This document shows positions 26,336-39,143 of a stretch of DNA of 64,000 nucleotides, one piece after another. Below the pieces are notes generated by a model. That model made no database searches, had not been told where the DNA came from, and saw only the letters and a list, made by a program, of their open reading frames with translations. Made by a program: the position numbers and the translations under genes. The stretch comes from Mobula hypostoma (Eukaryota). The DNA is taken from the NCBI RefSeq assembly GCF_963921235.1, contig NC_086108.1, forward strand, positions 105,774,001 through 105,838,000. The letters run 5' to 3'. Position 1 is the stretch's first letter, and each line of letters opens with the position of its first letter.

Positions 26336-27823
26336 GGACCCAGTCATCGCACTAGCCTCAGGGTGCTGTCGGTCCTGGCCTAACCTGCTTGGCGCTGTGG
26401 CAGCAGTGATAGACCAGAGGCAGGGCGTTCAGCACATGGGTGGTGGGACCAAGCAGGGTTATAACTCTGGCTACTGGCTCCAACAGGCTGTCCCACAAAA
26501 GCTGCAGCAGCGGCTTGAGCAACAAATAGCCCACCGCACAGTATTGGTGCCTCTGCTGCATCAAATGCAGCTCATTCAACAGCTGCAGGAAACCCACACC
26601 CATCGCTGGACTGCGTGCACCCACCCAGCTTCACCGATCACCTTTTAGCACATCTTCCTTTCCCCTCTCCCCACCTTTTCACTCTGGCATCTTCCCCCTT
26701 CCTTTCCAGTCTTGATGAAGGGTCTCAGCCTGAAATGTCAAGTGTTATTCCTCTCCACAGATGTTGCCTATCCTACTGAGTTCCTCCAGCATTTTGTGTG
26801 TGTTGCTTTAGATTTCCAGCAACTGCAGGATCTCCTGTGTTAAACAAATCCTTTTTTACTCCTTCCAATTTTTTTCTTCTCATTGTTATTCTTTTTCTAA
26901 CTATATCTAATTGCCTTTCGACAATCAAAATGAGGTCACTTTTTCAGTCTCTCGAGAATCAATAGACACCTGTGGAGCGCTTAGCATAGTCTTTTTCTTT
27001 GTAAAAATTGACTTTGTTTTCATCTCCATGTCGTGCCAAATCATACAATGTGAATCTGCTTGTAACCAAACTTCTGTCAGTAAACATGACTCGAACAAGC
27101 CAGTGAGAAAATAAATTACATTGTACAGATTAGAGAGGGTTGTCGTGCTCTGAAAGGATCAGGCTGTAGATAAAGCTTTTTAGGAACTAATCATTTGAAA
27201 CAACATTTTGGTTAGGCAGAACTATAATGGACGGCATTAATTCTCTGCTTATTTAAAAAATCCACACATCACATTTTGACAGGGAAATCACAATATGGAC
27301 CATGCAATCCCCATTAGCCTCACTCGCGTTGTACACCTGCAACATTATCTGCACAGCAATACCCTTGTGTCAGTCTTTGCATTGCACAGTATTTTGCCTT
27401 ATTTGTTCCAGTGTCTGAGGAACAAAATCACGTGAAGATGTCATTGTTGTGCATGTTATATTCACCAGCTGCTTCTGAGACTGGCTTTATTTGTCACAAG
27501 TACATTGAAACCTACAGTGGAATGCGTCATTTGTGTCAAATCAAATCAGGTATCCCGCCAGTGTCACCGGCGCTGACATAGCAGGCCCACAATCACTAAC
27601 CTTTTGAGATTTAGACCAATGCAGCACAAAAAAAGCACAAAAAGACAAAAAACACAATGGTAAGTAAAAGAAAACACTGTAAATATGAAAACATATGATA
27701 CTGTAGAAGGGTTTCGGCCCAAAATGTTGGCTGTTTATTTATTTTTTATAGATTTTGCCTCACCTCCAGCGCTTTTGTGTGTGTTGCTTTGGACTTCCAG
27801 CATCTGCAGATGTTCTTGTGTTT

Positions 27824-28010
27824 CGTCGTCGTCATGGCTATCCCTTGAGGTCGAGGATGATGGTCTTCGTTCAGAAGAACTGGCCCACAGAGCGAAGATG
27901 CCTGTGCGTGTATTTGTTTATCGTGTACTTGATGTTGCACTCCAAGATGCACACGATACTTTACAAATCGACCAACTGATTCCAATGGCATGGAAACCAC
28001 AATGATTGGT
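27824..28010 (-). mobile_element. RTE-tailed non-autonomous element
   Basis: Minus strand ends ACCATCATCCTCGACCTCAAGGGATAGCCAT(GAC)n. Confidence 0.5.
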
Positions 28011-28809
28011 GTTTAGGATACTGAAGATTCTATAAATATAAACACATACTGCATCTCTTTAGGACCTATGGAGTTTTTACATCCTCCCCATGACCATATG
28101 AATTTCCTCCAGGGTCTCTGGTTTCCTCCCACAGTCCAAAGACGTACAGGTTAGGGTTAGTGAGATGTGGCCATGCTCCGTTGGTGCCAGAAGCATAGGA
28201 CACATCCTATGATGGTTGTTGACACAAACAACACATTTCACTGTATGATTTGATGTACAGATGACAAGTAAATCTAATTTAATCTTATCTACGATAAACA
28301 CGAGAAAGTCTGCAGAATTTCACAGATCTGCAGCACCTACGGAAAAGAGTAAACAGTGGATGTTTAGGGCTGAGAACCTCCTTCAGGACTGAGAAGGAAG
28401 GGGAAAGATGACAGAATAAAATGATGGAGGGGAGATGGAGAGGAAAGAGGCTAGCTGAAAGATGAAAGGTGAAGACAGGTGGGTGGGAAAGGTCAAGGGG
28501 CTGGAGAAGAAGGAATCCAATAAGAGCGGAGAGTGGACCATAAGAGAAAAGGAAGGAAGAGGACCCGGATGGAGTAATAGGCTGGTAGGTGAGAGGAGAT
28601 AAAAGGTCAGAGTGGGGAATAGGGGAAGGGGGGGGGAAGAAATTGTTAGCTGGATCTTTATGATTGTTTCATTCATTTGTCTGCTGTCCACAGTGAAGAT
28701 GTACACTGGGATATCAAAGCACAGTTCATTTCTCCTGAATTTCACAAATTGGCATCCTCTGTTTTCTGAGGAAGCTGAAGAAAATCTGGATTTTGCACAT
28801 CTATACTGA

Positions 28810-30885
28810 CATCATTTGAATTTTCTCTCCATTTAGAAAATAATCTACCCTTTCATTTCTTTTGTCAAAGTGCATGACCATACACTTCCTGACACTATAT
28901 TCCACCTGCCACTTCTTTGCCCATTCTGATCTAAGTCCTTCTGTAGCCTCTCTACTTCCCCAGAACTACCTATTTTATCACATGCCTTCAAGTACTGTAA
29001 AACTACATCCTGAACAATTGACTCCAGCATCTTCCCAACCTCTGAGGTCAGACTAACTGGCCTATAATTTCCTTCCTTCTACCTCTCTCCCTTCTTGAAG
29101 AGTGGAGTGACCTTTGTAATTTTCCATTCCTCTGGGACCATGCCAGAATCAATTGATTCTTGAAAGATCATTACTATTGCCTCCACAATCTCTTCAGCCA
29201 CCTCTTTCAGAACCCTGGGTGTACACCATCTGGTCCAGGTGACTTATCTTCCTTAAAACCTTTCAGTTTCCCAAGAATCTTCTCCCTAGTAATGGCAACT
29301 TCACACATTTCTGCCCCCTTACACCCTTGCACTTCCAGCCTACAACTTGTGTCTTCCGTGGTAAAGAATGATGCAAAATACTTATTCATCTTGCCTGCTG
29401 TTTCCTTGTTCCTCCATTACTATCTCTCCAGCATCATTTTCCAGTGGTCCGATATCTACTCTTGCCTCTTTTTTACACTTTATGTATCTGAAGAAACTTT
29501 TGGTATTCTCTTTAATATTTATGGCTAGCTTTCCTTCATATTCCATCTTTTCCTTCTTAATGACTTCTTTAGTTGACTTCTGTTGGTTTTTAAAAGCTTC
29601 CCAATCCTCTACCTTCCCACTATTTTTCTTCCATTATATAAGACCATAAGGGAATAAGTCATAGGATCAGAATTAGGCTAGTTGGCCCAATGAATCTACT
29701 CCGAATTTCATCATGACTGATCCCATCTTCCACTCAACCCCCATCTCCTGCCTTCTCCCCGTATCCCTTCATACCTGCATATTGAAATCACCCATGACTA
29801 TTGTAACATGGCCCTTTTGGAGTGTATTTTCTATCTCCCATTGTAATTTGTAGACCACATCTTTACCACTTTTTGGGGGTCTGTATACAAGTCCCATGAG
29901 GAATTTTTTACTCTTCCAGTTCCTTAGCTCTACCCACAATGATTCAACACCTTCCAATCCTATATCACCTCTCGCTAAAGATTTGGTTTCATTTTTTACC
30001 AATAGAGCTACGCCGTCCCCTCTGCCCATTTGCCTGTCCTTTCAATACAATGTGTATCCCTGGACATTGAGCTCCTAGCTGTATTCTTCTTTCAGCCATG
30101 ATTCAGTGATACCCAATGTCTTACATGCCAATCTGTAACTATGCTATAAGTTCATCCTCCTTATTCCGTATATTGCGTATATTCAAATATAACACATTCA
30201 GTCCTGTATTCACCCTTTTCAATTTTGACTACCTTTTACTTTGAAACTCATCCTGTTAATTATAATTTTGCCCTCTCATCAGCATCTCCTTGTGAGCAGT
30301 CTCACTACACGCTACCTCTGTTTGTAAACCCACTACCTCATCCTCAGTACTATCACTCTAGTTCCCATCCCTCTGCCAAATTAGTTTAACCCTCCCCCCA
30401 CCACCAAGCAACTCTAGCCAACCAGCCTGCAGGGATATTGGACCACCTTGGATTCAGTTGTAACCTGTCCTGTTTGTGTAGCTCATACCTTCCCCAGAAG
30501 AGACCCAGTGATCCATAAATCTGAACCATTGTCCCCTGCACCAGTTCCTCAGCCACACGTTCACCTGCCAAATCATCCTATTCACTGGTGTATGGCATGT
30601 GCAGCAATCTAGGGATTACTATCCTGGAGGTTCTGTTCTTTAGTTTTCTACCTAGCTGCGTAAAACCTCTCTTCAGGACCTCCTCACCTTGTCTACCTGT
30701 GCCAATATGTACCAAAATCTCTGGCTGCTCACCCTGCCCCTTCAGAATACCATGGACACAGTCCAAGACATCCCTGATCCTGGCACCAGGGAGGCAACGT
30801 ACCATCCGGGTGTCTCTGTTGTGCCAATAGAATCTTATTTCTGTTTCTCTGACTATGGAATTTCCTAACACCACTGTAGTCCTCC
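28810..30885 (-). mobile_element. Decayed CR1: ORF1 esterase, endonuclease and RT pieces with deletions
   Basis: VLGNSIVR..CLPGARI..VHIGT; GLVYRPP..MGDFN; DKSPGPDGVHP. Confidence 0.85.
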
Positions 30886-32598
30886 ACCTCTTTTCTCTTA
30901 TACCTGTGTACAGAAAAGTGCTAATAAAATCATGAACAATCCCACCTACCTTGATCATGGACTGTTTGTCTCATTCCCATCAGGGAGGAGGCTATGTAGC
31001 ACCCATGGCAGGACCATCAGACACAAAAACATTTACTATCCCCAAGCAGAAAGGCTGATCAATAATCCACCCCCCCCCCATACACTCTCCAACCACCAAT
31101 CATGTCCTGTCAGAGCCACCTTATGCACAGAGAGTCCTGTGCCTTGCATCACTTTATGGACAGACAATCAATCTATGTGTATAAGCTATCTCATGCATTT
31201 CTATTTATTGTTTGTGTTTTTCTTATTATTGAGTTCTTTATCATATAGTTGCACTACTTAACCCTAGTCTAATCACAGGTCAATTTAACCTAGTAATTGG
31301 TACATTTTTGGAATGTGGCAGGAACCAGAGCAGCCACTGGAGGAACGTACAAACTCATTACTGATGCTGTTGGAATTGAACTCCGAGCTCTGATGCCCCG
31401 AGCTGTAATAGTGTCATACTGATTGTTACATTATTGTGGCACCCTATGAGATCCGTATCTCTCCATTGGCTGCATACTCAGTTGCCAATGTTAAATGCTA
31501 CTGACTTACCTGCTTCTGCAACCACAATATAGGCACCCTATCTGCAAGACTCCCAGAAGGTTAATTTACAGGTGAAATCTGTGGTAAAGAAGGCAAATGC
31601 AATGTTAGCATTTATTTCAAGGGGAATAGAATATAAATGCTAGGAGATAATGACGAGCCTTTGTAAGACAGTAGTCAGGCCACGCTTAGAGTATTGTCAA
31701 CAGCTTTGAGCCTCGTATCTCGGAAGGGATGTGTTGACATTGGAGGAGGTTCACGAGGGTGGTTCTGGGAATGAAGGGGTTAACATATGAGGAGCACTTG
31801 GCAGCTTTGGGCCTGTACTCACTGGAATTTTGAAGAATGAGGGTCATCCCATTGAAACCAAGGTCTTGTGTTAAAATTTGCCTCACATGTCTCCTTTAAA
31901 CTTTCCCCTTCTCATCTTAAATGCATTTCAACCCTGGGAAAAAGATCTTGAATGTCCACCTTGAAGGGCCTGTTTCTGCACTGTGGTGTACAATGACTCT
32001 CTGACTCTATCCTTTCCGCAACAGAACAACCGGAACTGCACACAATGCTCCAAGTGCAAAGTTTATACAACCCCACATTGACTTACTTAACACCCTCCCC
32101 AACAATGCAAACAAGCATCCCTTATGCCTTTTTTACCACACTATGCTTTGCTATATTCAGATATGGACTTGGGTCCTAAGATACTTAATTGGGAGCTTGA
32201 GGAGATTTGGTTAGTCACCAAAGACTCTAACAAGTTTCTGTGGTGTTCGAGGATGTACTACGGAGAACATGCTAACTGGATGCATCACCATCTGGTGTGG
32301 AGACACTAAGGCACAGGATCAGAAAAAGTTATAGAGCATTGTCAACTCAGCATTCTCCATAATGGGCACTAGCTTCCCCAGCATCAGGAATATCTTCAAA
32401 AGCTGATGCCTCAAGAAGGCAGCATCCATCATTAAGGACCGCCACCGCCCCAGGACATGCTCTCATTTCAGTGCTACCAACAGGAAGTGGGCACAGAAGC
32501 CTACAGAACCCAAATACAATGTTTTCGGATCAGTTTCTTCACCTCCACTACCAGATTTCTGAACAGTCTATCAACCCATGAACACTGGCTGATTATTA

Positions 32599-33687
32599 GA
32601 AACATAGAAACATAGAAAATAGGCGCAGGAGTAGGCCATTCAGCCCTTCGAGCTTGCACCACCATTCAGTATGATCATGGCTGATCATCCAACTCAGAAC
32701 CCTGTACCAGCCTTCCCTCCATACCCCCGATCCCTTTAGCCACAAGGGCCATATCTAACTCCCTCTTAAATATAGCCAATGAACTGGCCTCAACTGTTTC
32801 CTGTGGCAGCGAATTTCACAGATTCACCACTCTCTGTGTGAAGAAGTTTTTCCTCATCTCGGTCCTAAAGGGCTTCCCCTTTATCCTCAAACTGTGACCC
32901 CTCGTTCTGGACTTCCCCAACATCGGGAACAACCTACCTACATCTAGCCTGTCCAATCCCTTTAGAATTTTATACGTTTCAAAAAGATCCCCCCCTCAAT
33001 CTTCTAAATTCCAACGAGTATAAGCCTAGTTCATCCAGTCTTTCATCATATGAAAGTCCTGCCATCCCAGGAATCAATCTGGTGAACCTTCTTTGTACTC
33101 CCTCTATGGCAAGGATGTCTTTCCTCAGATTAGGGGACCAAAACTGCACACAATACTCCAGGTGTGGTCTCACCAAGCTCTTGTACAACTGCAGTAGTAC
33201 CTCCCTGCTCCTGTACTCGAATCCTCTTGCTATGAATGCCAGCATACCATTCGCCTTTTTCACCGCCTGCTGTACCTGCATGCCCACTTTCAATGACTGG
33301 TATGTAATGACACCCAGGTCTCGTTGCACCTCCCCTTTTCCTAATCGGCCACCATTCAGATAATAATCTGTTCTCTTGTTTTTGCCACCAAAGGGGATAA
33401 CTTCACATTTATCCACATTAAATTGCATCTGCCATGAATTTGCCCACTCACCTAACCTATCCAAGTCACCCTGCATCCTCTTAGCATCCTCCTCACAGCT
33501 AACACTGCCGCCCAGCTTCATGTCATCCACAAACTTGGAGATGCTGCATTTAATTCCCTCGTCTAAGTCATTAATATATGTTGTAAACAACTGGGGTCCC
33601 AGCACTGAGCCTTGTGGTACCCCACTAGTCACTGCCTGCCATTCTGAAAGGGTCCCATTTATTCCCACTCTTTGCTTCCTGTCTGCC
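32599..33687 (-). mobile_element. Young CR1 3' fragment
   Basis: ORF 32979-33668 GVPQGSVLGP..KFVDD; (TTTCTATG)n tail; near-identical to 39568-40246. Confidence 0.93.
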
Positions 33688-34263
33688 TTTATTCTTATTA
33701 TTCTTTTGCCCTATTTATTTCTTTATCCAATCAGGCAGCAGAAACCTTCGTCATCAAAACATCATCAGTTAAGATCGACACATGTCGTCGGCTGGAAGCA
33801 CAAAAAGGGTTCAGTCAACATATGACAGTGATAGCAACACAAACAAAGTGCTGGAAGAATTCAGCAGGTCAGACAGCGTCTATGGAAATGAATAAACAGT
33901 TGATACTTTGAGTTGAGATTCTTCATCAGGAATGGGAAGTGGAGGGGAACAATGCCGGATATAACAATGTGGATGAAGGGGAAGAAGGACATGCTACAAG
34001 GTGATAGGTGAAGCCAGGTGGGTGGGAAAGGTAAAGGGCTGGAGAAGAAGGAATCTGATAGGACAGGAGAGTGGACCATAGAAGAAAGGGAAGAAGGTGG
34101 GGCACGATGGCAAGGTGATTGGCAGGTGAGGAGAAGAGGCCAAAGGGGGGAAGAGAAGAAAAGGGAAAATGGGAGGGAAAAACTACCAGAAGGAGAAATA
34201 ACAACATACATCAAAGTTGCTGGTGAACGCAGCAGGCCAAGCAGCATCTATAGGAAGAGGTGC

Positions 34264-34299
34264 AGTCGACGTTTCAGGCCGAGACCCTTCGTCAGGACT
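34264..34299 (-). ncRNA. Minimal type I hammerhead ribozyme
   Basis: Reverse complement reads AGTC CTGACGA AGG GTCTCGG CCT GAAA CGTC GACT. Confidence 0.85.
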
Positions 34300-34593
34300 A
34301 ACTGAAGGAAGAGTGAGTAAGGGATTTGAAAGTTGGAGGGGGAGGGGGAGATCCAAAATGATAGGAGAAGACAGGAGGGGGAGGGATAGAGCCGAGAGCT
34401 GGACAGGTGATAGGCAAAAGGGGATACGAGAGGATCATGGGACAGGAGGTCCGGGAAGAAAGACGGGGGGGGGGTGACCCAGAGGATGGGCAAGAGGTAT
34501 ATTCAGAGGGACAGAGGGAGAAAAAGGAGAGTGAGAGAAAGAATGTGTGCATAAAAATGAGTAACAGATGGGGTACGAGGGGGAGGTGGGGCC

Positions 34594-37500
34594 TTAGTGG
34601 AAGTTAGAGAAGTCGATGTTCATGCCCTCAGGTTGGAGGCTACCCAGACGGAATATAAGGTGTTGTTCCTCCAACCTGAGTGTGGCTTCATCTTTACAGT
34701 AGAGGAGGCCGTGGATAGACATGTCAGAATGGGAATGGGATGTGGAATTAAAATGTGTGGCCACTGGGAGATCCTGCTTTCTCTGGCGGACAGAGCATAG
34801 ATGTTCAGCAAAGCGGTCTCCCAGTCTGCGTCGGGTCTCACCAATATATAAAAGGCCACATCGGGAGCACCGGACGCAGTATATCACCCCAGTCGACTCA
34901 CAGGTGAAGTGATGCCTCACCTGGAAGGACTGTTTGGGGCCCTGAATGGTGGTAAGGGAGGAAGTGTAAAGGCATGTGTAGCACTTGTTCCGCTTACACG
35001 GATAAGTGCCAGGAGGGAGATCAGTGGGGAGGGATGGGGGGGACGAATGGACAAGGGAGTTGTGTAGGGAGCGATCCCTGCGGAATGCAGAGAGAGGCGG
35101 GGAGGGAAAGATGTGCTTAGTGGTGGGATCCCGTTGGAGGTGGCGGAAGTTACGGAGAATAATATGTTGGACCCGGAGGCTGGTGGGGTGGTAGGTGAGG
35201 ACCAGGGGAACCCTATTCCTAGTGGGGTGGTGGGAAGATGGAGTGAGAGCAGATGTACGATGCGTTTAAGAGCAGAGTTGATAGTGGAGGAAGGGAAGCC
35301 CCTTTCTTTAAAAAAAGAAGACATCTTCCTCGTCCTAGAAAGAAAAGCCTCATCCTGAGAGCAGATGCGGCGGAGACGGAGGAATTGCGAGAAGGGGATG
35401 GCGTTTTTGCAAGAGACAGGGTGAGAAGAGGAATAGTCCAGATAGCTGTGAGAGTCAGTAGGCTTATAGTAGACATCAGTGGATAAGCTGTCTCCAGAGG
35501 CAGACAGAAAGATCTAGAAAGGGGAGGGAGGTGTCGGAAGTGGACCAGGTAAACTTGAGGGCAGGGTGAAAGTTGGAGGCAAAGTTAATAAAGTCAAGGA
35601 GTTCTGCATGCGTGCAGGAAGCAGCGCCAATGCAGTCGTCGATGTAGCGAAGGAAAAGTGGGGGGCAGATACCAGAATAGGCACGGAACATAGATTGTTC
35701 CACAAACCCAACAAAAAGGCAGGCATAGCTAGGACCCATACGGGTGCCCATAGCTACACCTTTAGTTTGGAGGAAATGGGAGGAGCCAAAGGAGAAATTA
35801 TTAAGAGTAAGGACTAATTCCGCTAGACGGAGCAGAGTGGTGGTAGAGGGGAACTGATTAGGTCTGGAATCCAAAAAGAAGCGTAGAGCTTTGAGACCTT
35901 TCTGATGGGGGATGGAAGTATATAAGGACTGGACATCCATGGTGAAAATAAAGCGGTGGGGGCCAGGGAACTTAAAATCATCGAAAAGTTTAAGAGGGTG
36001 AGAAGTGTCACGAACATAGGTCGGAAGGGATTGAACAAGGGGTGATAAAACAGTGTCGAGGTATGCAGAAATGAGTTCCGTGGGGCAGGAGCAAGCTGAG
36101 ACAATAGGTCGGCCAGGACAGGCAGGTTTGTGGATCTTGGGTAGGAGGTAGAAACGGGAAGCGCGGGGTGTGGGAACTATAAGGTTGGTAGCAGTGGATG
36201 GGAGATCCCCTGAGCGGATAAAGTCGGTGATGGTGTGGGAGACAATGGCCTGGTGCTCCTTAGTGGGGTCACGATCGAGGGGTAAATAAGAGGAGGTATC
36301 CGTGAGTTGTCGGTGCGCCTCGGCAAGGTAGAGGTCAGTACGCCAGACTACAACAGCACCCCCCTTATCAGCGGGTTTAATAATAAGGTTAGGATTAGTG
36401 CGGAGGGAGTGGAGAGCAGAGCGTTCCGAAGGAGTGAGGTTGAAATGGGGACAAGGTGCGGTGAAGTCGAGACGGTTGATGTCCCGTCGGCAGTTGGCAA
36501 TAAAGAGATCCAGAGCAGGCAGAAGACCAGAGCGGGGTGTCCATGAAGAAGAGGAGGGTTGAAGACGGGAGAAGGGGTCATCGGTGGGGGTGGAAGAATC
36601 CTTGCCGAAGAAGTAGGCTCGGAGACGGAGACGGCGGAAGAAGAGTTCCGCATCGTGGCGAACACGGAACTCGCTGAGGTGTGGGCGAAGGGGGACAAAC
36701 GGGAGGCCCTTACTGAGGACAGAGCGCTCTGCCTCCGACAGTTGAAGGTCGGAGGGGATGGTAAAGACCCGGCACGGATGAGAGCTGGGATCAGAGAGGG
36801 GAGGGGGAGGCTGGTGGTGTCAGTGGAGAGGGGAGGGTTGGGGTGAGAGGAAGATGGAGCCTCTGAGTACCCAGGAGCTGACGGTGGGATCTGAGGGAGA
36901 CGGAGTTGCAGAGTGGTGGTGGGGGAAGGGGAGACGGGTGTCACAACAGCAGCACATAAAGACCCGGCCTGGAGTTCAAGGCTGGAGTCGCAGTTGGTGG
37001 TTGTGCAATCACTGTGAAGGTGTCCATGGTAGTTGCTGGAGTCCGGGTTTTGAATATGTCCTGAGGTGTTGGAGCCGGTGAGATCAATGGCAGGGCCGCA
37101 ATTGAAAGTTCATGCCTGCTAGCGTCGGGGCCGGCAGGCTCTGGAGTCCGTAGATGTAGGATCTTGCGATCTTTGCCTAACATGACAAAGTCAATAAAAC
37201 GGCGATTGCAGGCGTGAATCCGACGGAGGATGAAATAACGGGTAGGACCATTACAGACGGCGAAGAAAGTGTCCCGAAGGTGTGGAAGGGTCTGGGATAG
37301 GGACACCAAGTACCTCCTCATGGCGGAGAGCGTCGCCTTCAGAGCTTGACGGGAGAAGCGGCGAGAGGCAGAGTCAATAAAATGTGAGTACCTGGGATCC
37401 TCAGAAGGTCCAAATTGAGAGGCTTGGAAACGAATCCTAAAGCCAACTGGAGTAAGTTGGCGACGGAAGCACGTTCCAAGAAAGGATATATGGCTGTGAT

Positions 37501-37627
37501 AGCGAGTCTGAGTCAAAGTGTGGTCGAAAAGTTGAAGAGCCGAAGAAATTACAGATGGGGAGCAGTGAGAGATGGTTTCACTGAACTCCCATCGAAGAGA
37601 GGATCTAAACTTCTTCGGTGTAGGCAT
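34594..37627 (-). pseudogene. PLE polyprotein: N-terminal domain, RT, Zn-linker, GIY-YIG endonuclease (several frameshifts)
   Basis: HISFLGTC..PVGFRI; IKPADKGGAVVV; FYLLPKIHK..GRPIVS; MDVQSLYTSIPH; QTKGVAMGT; RYIDD; PCKRNKCYTC; GVIYCVRCSRCGLLYIGETRRRLGDRFAEH; LQPEGMN. Confidence 0.93.
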
Positions 37628-37760
37628 CACCGGAAGAGGCTTCGCAGTAGTGAATTTAAACGCAAACACAGGAATTCTGCAGATGCTGGAAATTCAAGCA
37701 ACATACATCAAAGTTGCTGGTGAACGCAGCAGGCCAAGCAGCATCTATAGGAAGAGGCGC

Positions 37761-37796
37761 AGTCGACGTTTCAGGCCGAGACCCTTCGTCAGGACT
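37761..37796 (-). ncRNA. Minimal type I hammerhead ribozyme
   Basis: Same motif, about 135 nt upstream of the ORF ATG at 37627. Confidence 0.85.
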
Positions 37797-38249
37797 AACT
37801 GAAGGAAGAGTGAGTAAGGGATTTGAAAGCTGGAGGGGGAGGGGGAGATGCAAAATGATAGGAGAAGACAGGAGGGGGAGGGATAGAGCCGAGAGCTGGA
37901 CAGGTGATAGGCAAAAGGGGATACGAGAGGATCATGGGACAGGAGGTCCGGGAAGAAAGACAAGGGGGGGGTGACCCAGAGGATGGGCAAGAGGTATATT
38001 CAGAGGGACAGAGGGAGAAAAAGGAGAGTGAGAGAAAGAATGTGTGCATAAAAATGAGTAACAGCTGGGGTATGAGGGGGAGGTGTGGCCTAGCGGAAGT
38101 TAGAGAAGTCAATGTTCATGCCATCAGGTTGGAGGCTACCCAGACGGAATATAAGGTGTTGTTCCTCCAACCTGAGTGTGGCTTCATCTTTACAGTAGAG
38201 GAGGCCGTGTATAGACATGTCAGAATGGGAATGGGATGTGGAATTAAAT

Positions 38250-38815
38250 TTCTCCGTAACTTCCGCCACCTCCTACGGGATCCCACCACTAAGCACATCT
38301 TTCCCTCCCCCCCTCTCTCTGCATTCCGCAGGGATCACTCCCTACACAACTCCCTTGTCCATTCGTCCCCCCCATCCCTCCCCACTGATCTCCCTCCTGG
38401 CACTTATCCGTGTAAGCGGAACAAGTGCTACACATGCCCTTACACTTCCTCCCTTACCACCATTCAGGGCCCCAAACAGTCCTTCCAGGTGAGGCATCAC
38501 TTCACCTGTGAGTCGACTGGGGTGATATACTGCGTCCGGTGCTCCCGATGTGGCCTTTTATATATTGGTGAGACCCGACGCAGACTGGGAGACCGCTTTG
38601 CTGAACATCTACGCTCTGTCCGCCAGAGAAAGCAGGATCTCCCAGTGGCCACACATTTTAATTCCACATCCCATTCCCATTCTGACATGTCTATCCACGG
38701 CCTCCTCTACTGTAAAGATGAAGCCTCACTCAGGTTGGAGGAACAACACCTTATATTCCGTCTGGGTAGCCTCCAACCTGATGGCATGAACATTGACTTC
38801 TCTAACTTCTGCTAG
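38250..38815 (+). pseudogene. Inverted duplicate of the PLE linker plus GIY-YIG coding region (open frame)
   Basis: C-terminal part of ORF 37904-38815; reverse complement of 34594-35159. Confidence 0.9.
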
Positions 38816-39107
38816 GCCCCACCTCCCCCTCGTACCCCAGCTGTTACTCATTTTTATGCACACAGTCTTTCTCTCACTCTCCTTTTTCTCCCTCTGTCCC
38901 TCTGAATATACCTCTTGCCCATCCTCTGGGTCACCCCCCCCCGTCTTTCTCCCTAGGCCTCCTGTCCCATGATCCTCTCGTATCCCCTTTTGCCTATCAC
39001 CTGTCCAGCTCTCGGCTCTATCCCTCCCCCTCCTGTCTTCTCCTATCATTTTGCATCTCCCCCTCCCCCTCCAGCTTTCAAATCCCTTACTCACTCTTCC
39101 TTCAGTT

Positions 39108-39143
39108 AGTCCTGACGAAGGGTCTCGGCCTGAAACGTCGACT
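39108..39143 (+). ncRNA. Minimal type I hammerhead ribozyme
   Basis: CUGACGA and GAAA core; stem II AGG/CCU; ACGU palindrome; GUC triplet at 39137-39139; stem I AGUC/GACU. Confidence 0.85.

Noticed and set aside
28694..28769. Possible terminal exon EDVHWDIKAQFISPEFHKLASSVF*
   Set aside because: Only an acceptor-like site supports it; no recognisable protein, and it is wedged between TE fragments.
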